From assembly GCA_963733915.1 (NCBI GenBank), contig CAVTEP010000011.1:553161-617160 (forward strand): a stretch of 64,000 nt of DNA, written 5' to 3'. The notes under the pieces were generated by a model that was not told the DNA's origin, did not search any database, and was given only the letters and a program-made list of their open reading frames with translations. The stretch is from Candidatus Sulfomarinibacteraceae bacterium (GTDB taxonomy: Bacteria; Acidobacteriota; Thermoanaerobaculia; Thermoanaerobaculales; Sulfomarinibacteraceae). Each line of letters opens with the position of its first letter. Position 1 is the first letter of the stretch. Made by a program: the position numbers and the translations under genes. Below, one piece after another: positions 53,398 through 64,000 of the stretch.

Positions 53398-54189
53398 GTG
53401 AGGATGGCAGCGCGGGTGCTCGCGGTTGCCAACCAGAAGGGCGGCGTCGGCAAGACGACGACCGCCATCAGCCTCGGAGCGACCCTGGCCGCCTACGAGC
53501 GCCAGGTGCTGCTGGTGGATCTCGATCCCCAATCGAACTGCAGCTCAGGTCTCGGTTTCGGGGGTGATCTCGGGGGCCTCACCTCCTACGATCTCATCCT
53601 CGGCAACGCGACCCTGACGACCGCGGTGCGACCGACCGAGTTTCCTTTTTTGACGATCGTGCCCGCAACCCCGAGTCTGGCGGGCGCCGAGGTCGAGCTC
53701 GTCGGCATGGTGGGCCGCGAGTTCCGTCTCCGCGACGCGCTGGCAGCGGCGGAGCTGCAACCCTACGATTTCGTGTTTGTTGACTGCCCCCCGTCGCTCG
53801 GTCTCCTGACCCTCAACGCGCTTGCCGCCGCCGACGGGCTTTTGGTCCCCATCCAATGCGAGTACTTTGCCATGGAGGGGGTGTCAAACCTCATGACCAC
53901 CATCGAAGAGGTGCGGCGCTTTCTCAACCCGGGGCTGAGCATCGACGGAATTCTCCTCACCATGTACGACGAGCGGACAAACCTCGCGCAGCAGGTGGCG
54001 AACGAGGTGCGGAGCGTGTTTGGAGATTTGGTGTTCGAGGCCGTGGTGCCGCGCAATGTCCGCCTCGCGGAGGCGCCGTCGTTCGGGCGGCCGATTCATG
54101 CCTACGACCTGCGCAGTCGTGGCTCTCAAGCCTACCTCAAGCTCGGTCGCGAGTATCTGCAGCGAAGGGAGAAGGCGCATGCCGGCTAA
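53398..54189 (+). CDS. parA: chromosome partitioning ATPase ParA (Soj)
   Basis: Deviant Walker A NQKGGVGKTTT, ParA/Soj pattern throughout. Confidence 0.93.
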   Translation: MRMAARVLAVANQKGGVGKTTTAISLGATLAAYERQVLLVDLDPQSNCSSGLGFGGDLGGLTSYDLILGNATLTTAVRPTEFPFLTIVPATPSLAGAEVELVGMVGREFRLRDALAAAELQPYDFVFVDCPPSLGLLTLNALAAADGLLVPIQCEYFAMEGVSNLMTTIEEVRRFLNPGLSIDGILLTMYDERTNLAQQVANEVRSVFGDLVFEAVVPRNVRLAEAPSFGRPIHAYDLRSRGSQAYLKLGREYLQRREKAHAG

Positions 54190-55045
54190 GCAGGTCCTCG
54201 GCCGCGGACTCAAGGCATTGATCCCCAACACCCCGCGGGCGCGAAGCGGGCTCGCCGAGATTCCGATCGATCTTCTCCACCCCAACCCGCAGCAACCACG
54301 GCATCATTTCGACGATGCGGCGCTCGCCGAACTGGCATCGTCGATCCGCCAGCACGGTGTGCTGCAGCCGCTGTTGGTGAGCGAGGACGGAACCGACCGT
54401 TATCTCCTGATCACGGGTGAACGCCGCTGGCGCGCCGCCCGCATCGCCGGGTTGCCGACGGTGCCGGCGGTGATTCGCGAACGCCTCGAGGATGTGCAAC
54501 AGCTCGAGCTGGCGCTGGTGGAAAACCTCCAGCGACGCGATCTCACGCCGATGGAGGAGGCGCGCGCCTTTGACCACCTGCGAACAAGTCTCGGTCTCTC
54601 CCAGCAGGAGATCGCAGACCGGGTCGGCATGGATCGCAGCACCGTCGCCAACTCGCTGCGGCTGCTCAAGCTGCCAATGGATGTTCAGGAGATGGTCGAG
54701 CGCGGAGACCTCTCGGCCGGGCATGGGCGAACGCTGCTCGCCTTTGCGAACGACGAGGAGCGAAGTCTGTGGGCGGCGCGTGCGGCGACGACCGGGCTGT
54801 CGGTTCGCGATCTCGAACGCGCCGCCGCGACCGCGCGGGACGAAGCCGCAGCCGGGCCGGGCCGCACCCGCGCCCGCCGGCGCGTACCCGATCCCAATCT
54901 ACGCGCGGCCGAGGAGAAGCTTGAGCTGCGGCTTGGCGCGGCGGTGGAGATCCGTCCCCGGCGCAGGGGGGGATCCATTGTCATCAGATGTTCCGACCAG
55001 GAAGAGCTGATGCGCGTCTTCGATCTTCTGATGGGGGGTGAGTGA
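54179..55045 (+). CDS. parB: chromosome partitioning protein ParB (Spo0J)
   Basis: From [16 protein letters not shown]. ParB box [11 protein letters not shown] region. The ATG at 54179 overlaps the parA end. Confidence 0.93.
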   Translation: MPAKQVLGRGLKALIPNTPRARSGLAEIPIDLLHPNPQQPRHHFDDAALAELASSIRQHGVLQPLLVSEDGTDRYLLITGERRWRAARIAGLPTVPAVIRERLEDVQQLELALVENLQRRDLTPMEEARAFDHLRTSLGLSQQEIADRVGMDRSTVANSLRLLKLPMDVQEMVERGDLSAGHGRTLLAFANDEERSLWAARAATTGLSVRDLERAAATARDEAAAGPGRTRARRRVPDPNLRAAEEKLELRLGAAVEIRPRRRGGSIVIRCSDQEELMRVFDLLMGGE

Positions 55046-55419
55046 TGGCCCGAAGTGGAGAGTCCCTCAATGGCTTCGTGGACTCCGGGTGCACGATTCG
55101 AGGAGAGCTCGAGTTTGCCAACTACTTTCGCGTTGATGGACGCATCGAGGGCACCGTGCGCTCACGGGCGGAACTCGTGATCGGCGAAGGCGGCGTGGTG
55201 GAAGGTGAGATCGAGGTCGCGCGGTGTGTCATCGGAGGTGAGGTCAGGGGCACCATCCGCACCGGCGAGCAGGTTCTGCTCCACGCGACTGCCAAGGTCT
55301 GGGCGGACATCCATACCCCGGCGCTGGTCATGGAGGACGGAGCCTTCCTCGAAGGCTCGGTCAGCATGGAAGCCAAAGACGTGAAAAAAAACACAAACAA
55401 AGCAGGATCGGCATCTTGA
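55042..55419 (+). CDS. bactofilin family cytoskeletal protein
   Basis: Beta-helical repeats G.L.F...RVDG...G.V...G.V.G.I.. typical of DUF583/bactofilin. GTG 55042 and ATG 55045 overlap the parB stop. Confidence 0.85.
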   Translation: MMARSGESLNGFVDSGCTIRGELEFANYFRVDGRIEGTVRSRAELVIGEGGVVEGEIEVARCVIGGEVRGTIRTGEQVLLHATAKVWADIHTPALVMEDGAFLEGSVSMEAKDVKKNTNKAGSAS

Positions 55420-55444
55420 CCGTGCTTTGAGGATTTGTTAGCTT
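55416..55444 (+). promoter_or_regulatory. candidate sigma70 promoter for the atp (F1 plus b/b') operon
   Basis: TTGACC (55416-55421), 17-bp spacer, TAGCTT (55439-55444), followed by the hairpin CCCGTGCT-GA-GCACGGG at 55452-55468. Confidence 0.4.
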
Positions 55445-55492
55445 GAACCGCCCCGTGCTGAGCACGGGAGCGGATCGAGCCGGGAGCGGCCG

Positions 55493-55924
55493 ATGACACC
55501 ACCGAATCTGTCGTTGATCCTCATCATGGTGTGCTTCTGGCTGACGTTGTGGCTGGTCAGCCGCTTTCTGATCCGCCCCGTCGGCGCGGTGGTCGCCGAC
55601 CGCCGCCGTCGCATCGACAACGCTCAACAGGAATGGGCCTCTCGCAACGAGGAACACCTAGCTGCGGTCGCCCGCGTGGAGGACGAGCTTCAGGGTGCGG
55701 CGCGCGACGCGGCGAAGCGTCGCGCCGATGCGCGCCAGCAGGCGATGGATGATCGCAACCTGGCATTGGAAACGGCCCGCGCGCGCGCCGACGAGCATCT
55801 CGGCAGCGTTCTCGAATCCCTGGGCAAGGACTCCGAAGCCGCTCGAGGAGAACTCCGGCGCCGAGCCGACGAGCTCGCCCGGCTGCTTGCCGGGCGCCTG
55901 CTCGGGAGGGAGATGAGCTCATGA
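55493..55924 (+). CDS. F0F1 ATP synthase subunit b' (b-type paralogue)
   Basis: 143 aa. One N-terminal TM helix followed by a long charged helix. Directly upstream of a second b subunit and atpH. Confidence 0.75.
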   Translation: MTPPNLSLILIMVCFWLTLWLVSRFLIRPVGAVVADRRRRIDNAQQEWASRNEEHLAAVARVEDELQGAARDAAKRRADARQQAMDDRNLALETARARADEHLGSVLESLGKDSEAARGELRRRADELARLLAGRLLGREMSS

Positions 55925-56493
55925 GAGTGGTGGTGGGCTGGGGGCTGGTCTTTGTTTGCGCGCTGATCTTTGCCCTCCTGGTGGATAACGGCGCCAAACA
56001 CATCGGTATCCCCGACTACATCTGGTTGTCGGTCAATCTGACCTTGTTCCTCTATATTCTGCAACGTTACGTCGGCAAGCCGATGGGCGCCTTTCTTGAC
56101 GCGCGCCGCGAGGGCATCGCCGAAGAGCTCGCCAACGCGCGCGCCCAACTCGAGGAGGCCGACCGGCTCCAGGCCGATGTCACGAAGCGGCTGACCGACG
56201 TCGAAGAGGAAATCGCCCAGATCAAAACCCGGTCCGACGTCGATGCCAAGGCGGAAGCGGAACGAATCGCCCGACAAACCGAGCTCGACGCGGAGCGGTT
56301 TCTGAAGCGGATCGACGAGGAGATCGGTCGTCGTGAAGCTGAGGCCCGCGCCCGCCTCATCAAGGACACCGCGGACCTCACCGCCCAGATGGCGCGCGAT
56401 ATTTTGAGCCGGGACATGACCGACGCCGACCGCCGCCGGGTCTTCGAGCGGAGCCTCGACGCTATGCGGCACATCGAGGGTGAGGAGCAGTAA
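55921..56493 (+). CDS. atpF: F0F1 ATP synthase subunit b
   Basis: 190 aa. N-terminal TM region then a coiled charged helix (ARREGIAEELANARAQLEEADRL...). Confidence 0.8.
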   Translation: MRVVVGWGLVFVCALIFALLVDNGAKHIGIPDYIWLSVNLTLFLYILQRYVGKPMGAFLDARREGIAEELANARAQLEEADRLQADVTKRLTDVEEEIAQIKTRSDVDAKAEAERIARQTELDAERFLKRIDEEIGRREAEARARLIKDTADLTAQMARDILSRDMTDADRRRVFERSLDAMRHIEGEEQ

Positions 56494-57044
56494 TGGGCCG
56501 CTTCCGAGCGCTCCCCTATGCAAAGGCCCTGTTGACGGTCGTCCAAAAAGACGACCCACAACGACTGCAACAGGTGGCAGCCGAAGTCGATGCCGTCGCG
56601 GCGGCCCTTGCCTCCGTCCCGGAGTTCGAGCGGGTGCTGGTGACGCCGACCGTCGCTTCAGAAAAGAAGACCCAGATTCTGGATGCGGTTCTCGATGCGC
56701 TGGCTACGGACCAACCGACCCGCCGGTTCCTCCACGTCGTGCAGCAGCATTACCGCATGCAGCATCTTCCGGACATCGCCCGGGCCTTTCGGGAGCTGGT
56801 CGATCGCAGCCTCGGGCGCACCCGCGCCATTGTCGAGACGGCTGTCAGTCTCGACGAGGGGCAGCGCCGGCAGCTGGTGAGCGTCGTTTCCGCCATGGAG
56901 GCCGCCGAAGTCGTCGCCGATTTTTCAGAGAAGCCGGAGCTCCTCGGGGGCTTCCGATTGCAGGTGGGGTCGCGGGTCTTTGACGGCTCGCTTGCCGGTG
57001 AACTCAAACGTCTGAGCAAAGAGCTCCAGATCAAACAGGGGTAA
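56493..57044 (+). CDS. atpH: F0F1 ATP synthase subunit delta (OSCP)
   Basis: 183 aa. YAKALL... start and C-terminal GGF.LQVGS.V.DGSL pattern. Confidence 0.9.
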   Translation: MGRFRALPYAKALLTVVQKDDPQRLQQVAAEVDAVAAALASVPEFERVLVTPTVASEKKTQILDAVLDALATDQPTRRFLHVVQQHYRMQHLPDIARAFRELVDRSLGRTRAIVETAVSLDEGQRRQLVSVVSAMEAAEVVADFSEKPELLGGFRLQVGSRVFDGSLAGELKRLSKELQIKQG

Positions 57045-57047
57045 CAC

Positions 57048-58572
57048 ATGCAGATCAAAGCCGCCGAGATTGCGGACATCATCCGCCGCCAGATCGAGGG
57101 ACTCGAAACCGCCATCGACATGTCCGAGGTCGGAACGGTGATTTCCGTGGGTGACGGCATCGCGCGCATATATGGGCTCGACGGCGTCATGGCCGGCGAG
57201 CTCATCGAGCTGCCGCACGACGTCTACGGGTTGGCCCTCAACCTCGAGGACGACAACGTTGGCTGCGTCCTCATGGGCGAGGTCCACATGGTTCAGGAGG
57301 GCGACGAGGCCAAGCGCACCAAGCGGATCCTCGACATCCCCGTCGGACCGGGCATGGTCGGGAGGGTCGTCGATCCGCTCGGTCGGCCACTCGATGGCAA
57401 GGGCCCGGTGGACGCCGCCGACCGGTACCCGCTCGAACGCACCGCCCCGGGCGTGGTCGCACGACAGCCGGTGAAGGAGCCGATGCAGACCGGCATCAAA
57501 GCGATCGACTCCATGATCCCCATCGGCCGCGGCCAGCGCGAGCTCATCATCGGAGACCGCCAGACCGGCAAGACCGCCGTCATCCTCGACTCGATCATCA
57601 ACCAAAAGGGCACCGGCAACATCTGCATCTACGTGGCCATCGGGCAGAAGGCTTCCACAGTCGCCCAGGTCGTCGCCACTCTCGACCGGAACGCGGCCAT
57701 GGACCACACGATCGTGGTCTCGGCAACCGCCTCCGAACCGGCGCCGCTGCAGTACCTTGCGCCCTACGCCGGGGCGGCCCTCGGCGAGTACTTCATGTAC
57801 AACAGCGGCCACGCCATCTGTTTCTACGACGACCTCACCAAGCACGCCCAGGCCTACCGCGAGATTTCATTGCTCTTGCGACGACCACCGGGTCGCGAGG
57901 CCTACCCCGGCGACGTCTTTTACCTCCACTCGCGGCTCCTCGAACGCGCGGCGAAGCTCAACGACACACAGGGGGGCGGCAGCCTGACCGCGCTGCCGGT
58001 GATCGAGACCCAGATGGGCGATGTCTCGGCCTATATCCCCACCAACGTCATCTCGATCACCGACGGCCAGATCTATCTCGAGTCGGATTTGTTCTTTGCC
58101 GGCCAGCGCCCGGCCGTCAACGTCGGTCTGTCGGTGAGCCGGGTCGGCGGCAATGCCCAGATCAAGGCCATGAAGTCCATCGCCGGGTCGCTGCGCCTCA
58201 ACCTCGCCCAGTTCCGCGAGCTCGCGGCCTTTGCCCAGTTCGGTTCCGACCTCGACAAGGCTACCCAACGCCAGCTGTCGCGTGGCGAGCGGCTCATGGA
58301 GCTCCTCAAACAGGGTCAGTACCATCCGATCCCGGTGGAGCTGCAGATCGTCTCGATCTTCGCCGGCACCAAGGGCCTCCTCGACAACATGAAGGTCTCC
58401 GCCATCGGCGCCTTTGAGCCCTTCCTTTACCGCCACGCCCGCGACACCGGCGCCGCCACCCTGGATCGGATCGTCAGTACCGGAGTCCTTGATGATCAAA
58501 CAGCGGACGAATTGACCAAGATGATCAAGACCGCCGTCGACCTCTTCATCAAGGAACACCCGGAGGCGGCTC

Positions 58573-58580
<8 letters not shown>
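57048..58580 (+). CDS. atpA: F0F1 ATP synthase subunit alpha
   Basis: Walker A GDRQTGKT, highly conserved alpha sequence. Confidence 0.97.
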
Positions 58581-60896
<2,316 letters not shown>

Positions 60897-60897
60897 G

Positions 60898-61305
60898 ATG
60901 GCCGAGACCCTGCGCCTCGAGGTTGTCACACCGGTGCGGCGAGTCCTCCAAGCGCGCGCCGACGAGGTCCGGATCCCGGGCTTGCTCGGCGAGCTCGGCG
61001 TTTTGCCGGGCCACACGCCGCTGCTGACCTCGCTGGGGACCGGCGAGCTCAAATGGACCGAGGGTGGGAGCCAGGGCCGGCTGGTGGTTCAGGGCGGTTT
61101 TGCCGAGATCCAGCCCGATGCCGTTACGGTGCTGGCCGCGGTGGCCGAAACCGCCGACGAGATCGATCTCGAGGCGGTGGCGCGGGCCCACGCGGAGGCA
61201 GTCGAGAAGCTCAAGACCGCATCCGCCGAGGATTTCGACGAGCTCGACGCCGCCGTCCGACTCGCCGAGGCGCGAAAATTCATGGCCTCCGCTGGGCCTT
61301 ACTGA
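60898..61305 (+). CDS. atpC: F0F1 ATP synthase subunit epsilon
   Basis: 135 aa. LEVVTP...G..GVLPGH.PLLT pattern. Confidence 0.9.
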   Translation: MAETLRLEVVTPVRRVLQARADEVRIPGLLGELGVLPGHTPLLTSLGTGELKWTEGGSQGRLVVQGGFAEIQPDAVTVLAAVAETADEIDLEAVARAHAEAVEKLKTASAEDFDELDAAVRLAEARKFMASAGPY

Positions 61306-62693
61306 TACTCGGCGCCGAGTATCACGCTGACGATGATGGCGCCAACCGCCGCCGGCGCGGCGAATCTGATGAGAAACCGCCACAGCGGCCACGCCCAGCC
61401 CAGTGGGCCGTTACCTGTTTCGAGCTCCTCCCGGGCCTCGTCACGACTGAGTATCCATCCCGTGAAGAGTGCGATCAGGAGGCCGCCCACCGGCAGGAAC
61501 CAGTTGCTGGCGAGGTAGTCGAGGGTGCCGAAGACGCCTGCCGTCGACGGTCGTCCGATGAGGTTGATTTTCGACAGGGTGGCGTTGCCCCCGAGACTGG
61601 CGGCACTGAGAATACCGAAGACCAGGATGGAGATACCCATGGTCAGCGTCGCTCGCTGGCGCCGCCATCCGAGCTCGTCGATGGCGTAACTCGACACCAC
61701 CTCGAGCAGACTGATCGTGCTGGTCAATGCCGCGAAGGCCACCAGAACATAAAAGAGTGCACTCACGGCCGATCCACCAGGTAGCTGAAAGAACACCACC
61801 GGCAGCGTCGTGAACAGAATTGTCGAGCTCTTGGTCACCTCGAATTCAAAGCTGAAAATAATCGAAAACATGATGATGCAGGCCATGATGGCGATCATGG
61901 TGTCGAGCGCGCAGATCGTCAAAGCGGCGCGCGGAATCGAGTCGGACTTCCGCATGTAGCTCCCGTAGGTGAGCATAGCCCCCATACCCAGGCTCAACGT
62001 GAAGAAGCTGTGGCCGAGCGCCTCGAGCACCCCTCCGGCGGACAACTCTCCAAAGTTCGGGCGGAACAGAAAACGCATCGCCTGGCCGAACCCGGGAGTC
62101 CAGAACGAGTAGATCACGAGCATGACGAGAATCGCCAGCAGCGTCGGCATCAGCAGTCGGGCGGCCCGTTCGATGCCCTTGCCGACGCCGAAGTAGACGA
62201 TCCCGATCGTCAAACCCATGAAGATCGAGTGAAACAGGATCTGCTGAGCGGGGTTGCCGAGAAAATCCCCAAAAAACGCCTGCAGAGCCTCGGGGTGGTG
62301 GGCGAGACCGCCCAACTTGCCCGATACCGCCATCAGAATGTAACGAATGGTCCATCCCGCCACGACGCTGTAGTAGGAGAGAATCACAAAACCCGTCATG
62401 ACGCCGAGGAACCCAACCCCCAGCCACAAGCGCCCACCCGGCTTGTTCTGTGCCAGGACGCGGAATGCGCCGACCGGGTTCTTCTGGCTGCGTCGACCGA
62501 GGAGGACTTCGGCGATCATGATCGGCACACCCACCACCGCGATGGCGCCAAGATACACAAGCACGAAAGCCCCGCCATGGTTCTCATAGGTGATGTATGG
62601 GAACTTCCAGAGATTTCCGAGACCGATAGCGCTCCCGGCCGCAGCGAGAACGAAGCCGATACGACCGGTCCACTGTGCGCGCTCTGTTGCCAT
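61299..62693 (-). CDS. sodium-dependent neurotransmitter:sodium symporter (NSS/SNF) family transporter
   Basis: RAQWTGRIGFVLAAAGSAIGLGNLWKFPY signature. 11-12 TM helices. The ATG at 62693 follows an AGGAAGGGGA RBS. The 3' end overlaps atpC by 7 nt (convergent). Confidence 0.9.
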   Translation of the reverse strand: MATERAQWTGRIGFVLAAAGSAIGLGNLWKFPYITYENHGGAFVLVYLGAIAVVGVPIMIAEVLLGRRSQKNPVGAFRVLAQNKPGGRLWLGVGFLGVMTGFVILSYYSVVAGWTIRYILMAVSGKLGGLAHHPEALQAFFGDFLGNPAQQILFHSIFMGLTIGIVYFGVGKGIERAARLLMPTLLAILVMLVIYSFWTPGFGQAMRFLFRPNFGELSAGGVLEALGHSFFTLSLGMGAMLTYGSYMRKSDSIPRAALTICALDTMIAIMACIIMFSIIFSFEFEVTKSSTILFTTLPVVFFQLPGGSAVSALFYVLVAFAALTSTISLLEVVSSYAIDELGWRRQRATLTMGISILVFGILSAASLGGNATLSKINLIGRPSTAGVFGTLDYLASNWFLPVGGLLIALFTGWILSRDEAREELETGNGPLGWAWPLWRFLIRFAAPAAVGAIIVSVILGAEYQ

Positions 62694-62786
62694 GAAATCC
62701 CCTTCCTTGAACTCCAGAGCGAACCCTAGCGAGGCCAACGCTCGGGTGTCAAATGGCGGGTCCGAAAGAGCGTATGTATACGGTTA

Positions 62787-62815
62787 TTGCCATAGCGAGG
62801 CGCATCCGTTAGAAT
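62787..62815 (+). promoter_or_regulatory. candidate sigma70 promoter for tRNA-Pro
   Basis: TTGCCA (62787-62792), 17-bp spacer, TAGAAT (62810-62815), 10 nt before the tRNA 5' end. Confidence 0.5.
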
Positions 62816-62825
62816 CCCTTTTCCT

Positions 62826-62902
62826 CGGGGCGTAGCTCAGTCTGGTAGAGCGCACGGTTCGGGACCGTGAGGCCGGTGGTTCAAGTCCACTCGCCCCGAC
62901 CA
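62826..62902 (+). tRNA. tRNA-Pro (anticodon CGG)
   Basis: CGGGGCG acceptor, GCTCAGTCTGGTAGAGC D-arm, anticodon stem CACGG/CCGTG with loop TTCGGGA, GGTTCAAGTCC T-loop, encoded CCA. Confidence 0.95.
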
Positions 62903-62905
62903 TCT

Positions 62906-62945
62906 GCAATTCGGGTCCGGCGGCAAGCCGCCGGACCCGAATTGC
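62906..62945 (+). terminator. long hairpin terminator after tRNA-Pro
   Basis: GCAATTCGGGTCCGGCGGC-AA-GCCGCCGGACCCGAATTGC, a perfect 19-bp stem followed by GTTGAC. Confidence 0.6.
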
Positions 62946-62946
62946 G

Positions 62947-62975
62947 TTGACTTACACCTCATTTTCACCTATGGT
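62947..62975 (+). promoter_or_regulatory. candidate sigma70 promoter for lexA
   Basis: TTGACT (62947-62952), 17-bp spacer, TATGGT (62970-62975). GGGGAGG RBS before the ATG at 62996. Confidence 0.5.
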
Positions 62976-62995
62976 CGGAGTGGGGAGGCGAGTCG

Positions 62996-63604
62996 ATGAA
63001 CTATCTCACCGAACGCCAGCGGGACGTCCTGGAGCTGATCGAGCAGCGGATAGCGGATGACGGCGTCGCGCCGACTCTGCAGGAGATCGCTGATGCCTTC
63101 GGGTTTCGCAGCACCGCCAGCGCCCAGAAACACGTCGCCCATCTCGAACGCAAGGGCTTTCTGCAACGCGAGAAACACCAGAAACGTGGTCTGGTGTTGG
63201 CCGATGCGTCACCGGCGCCTGCGGCCGCGGTCAGACTTCCGCTTTTCGGGGTGGTGGCTGCGGGCTCCCCAATTGAGTCGGTTCCGGACGACGAGCAGAT
63301 ATTCGTGCCCGCCGCTTTTATTCGCGGGGGAGAGAACTTCGTGCTCCGCGTGCGCGGGGATTCGATGATCGGTGACGGGGTCCACGATGGCGACCTGGTG
63401 GTGGTGCAGCGTTCAGAAAACGCCCCCGACGGCGAAATGGTGGTTGCGTTGGTGGGCCAGGAGGTCACGCTCAAACGGATTTTCAGAGAACGGGGTACGA
63501 CGATTCGCCTCCAACCCTCCAACCCCGCGCTGCCGACGCTGACCGTGCCGGCGCGGGACGTGCAGGTCCAGGGAATTGTCGTCGGCCTCTTGCGGCAGTA
63601 CTGA
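62996..63604 (+). CDS. lexA: LexA transcriptional repressor / S24 autopeptidase
   Basis: N-terminal wHTH (LTERQRDVLELI...PTLQEIA...), cleavage site VAAG, catalytic GDSM and K in LKR. Confidence 0.92.
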   Translation: MNYLTERQRDVLELIEQRIADDGVAPTLQEIADAFGFRSTASAQKHVAHLERKGFLQREKHQKRGLVLADASPAPAAAVRLPLFGVVAAGSPIESVPDDEQIFVPAAFIRGGENFVLRVRGDSMIGDGVHDGDLVVVQRSENAPDGEMVVALVGQEVTLKRIFRERGTTIRLQPSNPALPTLTVPARDVQVQGIVVGLLRQY

Positions 63605-63651
63605 TCCATCCCGCCGAGATAGGCTCGCGAGAAAATCCCCCGATGAGATTC

Positions 63652-63680
63652 TTGACTCACCTTCGGATCTCCGCTAGCGT
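63652..63680 (+). promoter_or_regulatory. candidate sigma70 promoter placing the cutA ATG at about +1 (leaderless)
   Basis: TTGACT (63652-63657), 17-bp spacer, TAGCGT (63675-63680). The A of the ATG at 63687 is the 7th nt after the -10. No Shine-Dalgarno sequence. Confidence 0.4.
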
Positions 63681-63686
63681 GCGGCC

Positions 63687-64000
63687 ATGACCGATCTCGA
63701 GAAAATCACACTTGTCATGACCTCCGTCGGCACCGAGCAGCAGGCGGTGGAAATCTCCGAGGAGTTGATCGCCCGGCGCCTCGCCACCTGCATCAACATT
63801 GTTCCCTGCCTGCGCTCCATTTACCGCTGGAAGGGAAAAGTGTGTGAGGACACCGAATATCTCCTGCTGATCAAGACCCCACACTCGTTCTTTGACCACG
63901 TATCTGCGGCGATCCGCGAATTCCACTCCTATGAACTTCCCGAGATCCTCGCACTGCCGATCGCCTCGGCCGAGGAAAGCTTCCACAAGTGGGTTCTGAA
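63687..64000 (+). CDS. cutA: divalent-cation tolerance protein CutA (runs to window end, stop not seen)
   Basis: Hand translation gives MTDLEKITLVMTSVGTEQQAVEISEELIARRLATCINIVPCLRSIYRWKGKVCEDTEYLLLIKT...HSYELPEILALPI...; CutA1 signature. Absent from the ORF track because there is no stop in the window. Confidence 0.8.
   Translation, partial: MTDLEKITLVMTSVGTEQQAVEISEELIARRLATCINIVPCLRSIYRWKGKVCEDTEYLLLIKTPHSFFDHVSAAIREFHSYELPEILALPIASAEESFHKWVL

Overview
High-GC (roughly 65%) chromosomal segment from a diderm bacterium (LptD, a TonB-type domain, SecG and YidC are present). The lineage cannot be fixed from sequence alone; GlnRS, TrmFO, PdxST and b/b' ATP synthase subunits would fit an Acidobacteriota-like organism, but this is unverified. 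The window is almost entirely housekeeping and spans the replication origin. dnaA-dnaN-recF-gyrB-gyrA lie on the minus strand. rpmH-rnpA-yidC-jag-mnmE-mnmG-rsmG-parA-parB-bactofilin and atpF'FHAGDC lie on the plus strand. A DnaA-box plus AT-rich oriC candidate sits in the dnaA-dnaN spacer, and a consensus parS overlaps the rsmG stop codon. The rest includes gap-pgk-tpiA-secG, glnS-gltX, lptD, ruvX-mltG, uvrA, smpB, an HD-GYP protein, DUF4390 plus an NtrY-like kinase, xerC, trmFO-dprA, pdxST, an NSS transporter, lexA, cutA and five tRNAs (Glu, Leu, Ser x2, Pro). I found no IS elements, prophage, CRISPR array or defence island, and no clear novel multi-gene system. The best candidates for follow-up are: (1) a ~180-bp intergenic repeat family with terminal inverted repeats and compensatory stem changes (two full copies plus one solo end); (2) a degenerate-kinase/TonB-C fusion protein; (3) a ptsN / PII-like / cation-antiporter cluster interrupted by a tandem plus inverted repeat array; (4) a (CTCCGT)n microsatellite between divergent tRNA-Ser genes, whose complement also forms tandem Shine-Dalgarno-like tracts; (5) three apparent frameshifts, one of them in essential gyrB. 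All homology calls come from motif recognition by eye, not database searches.
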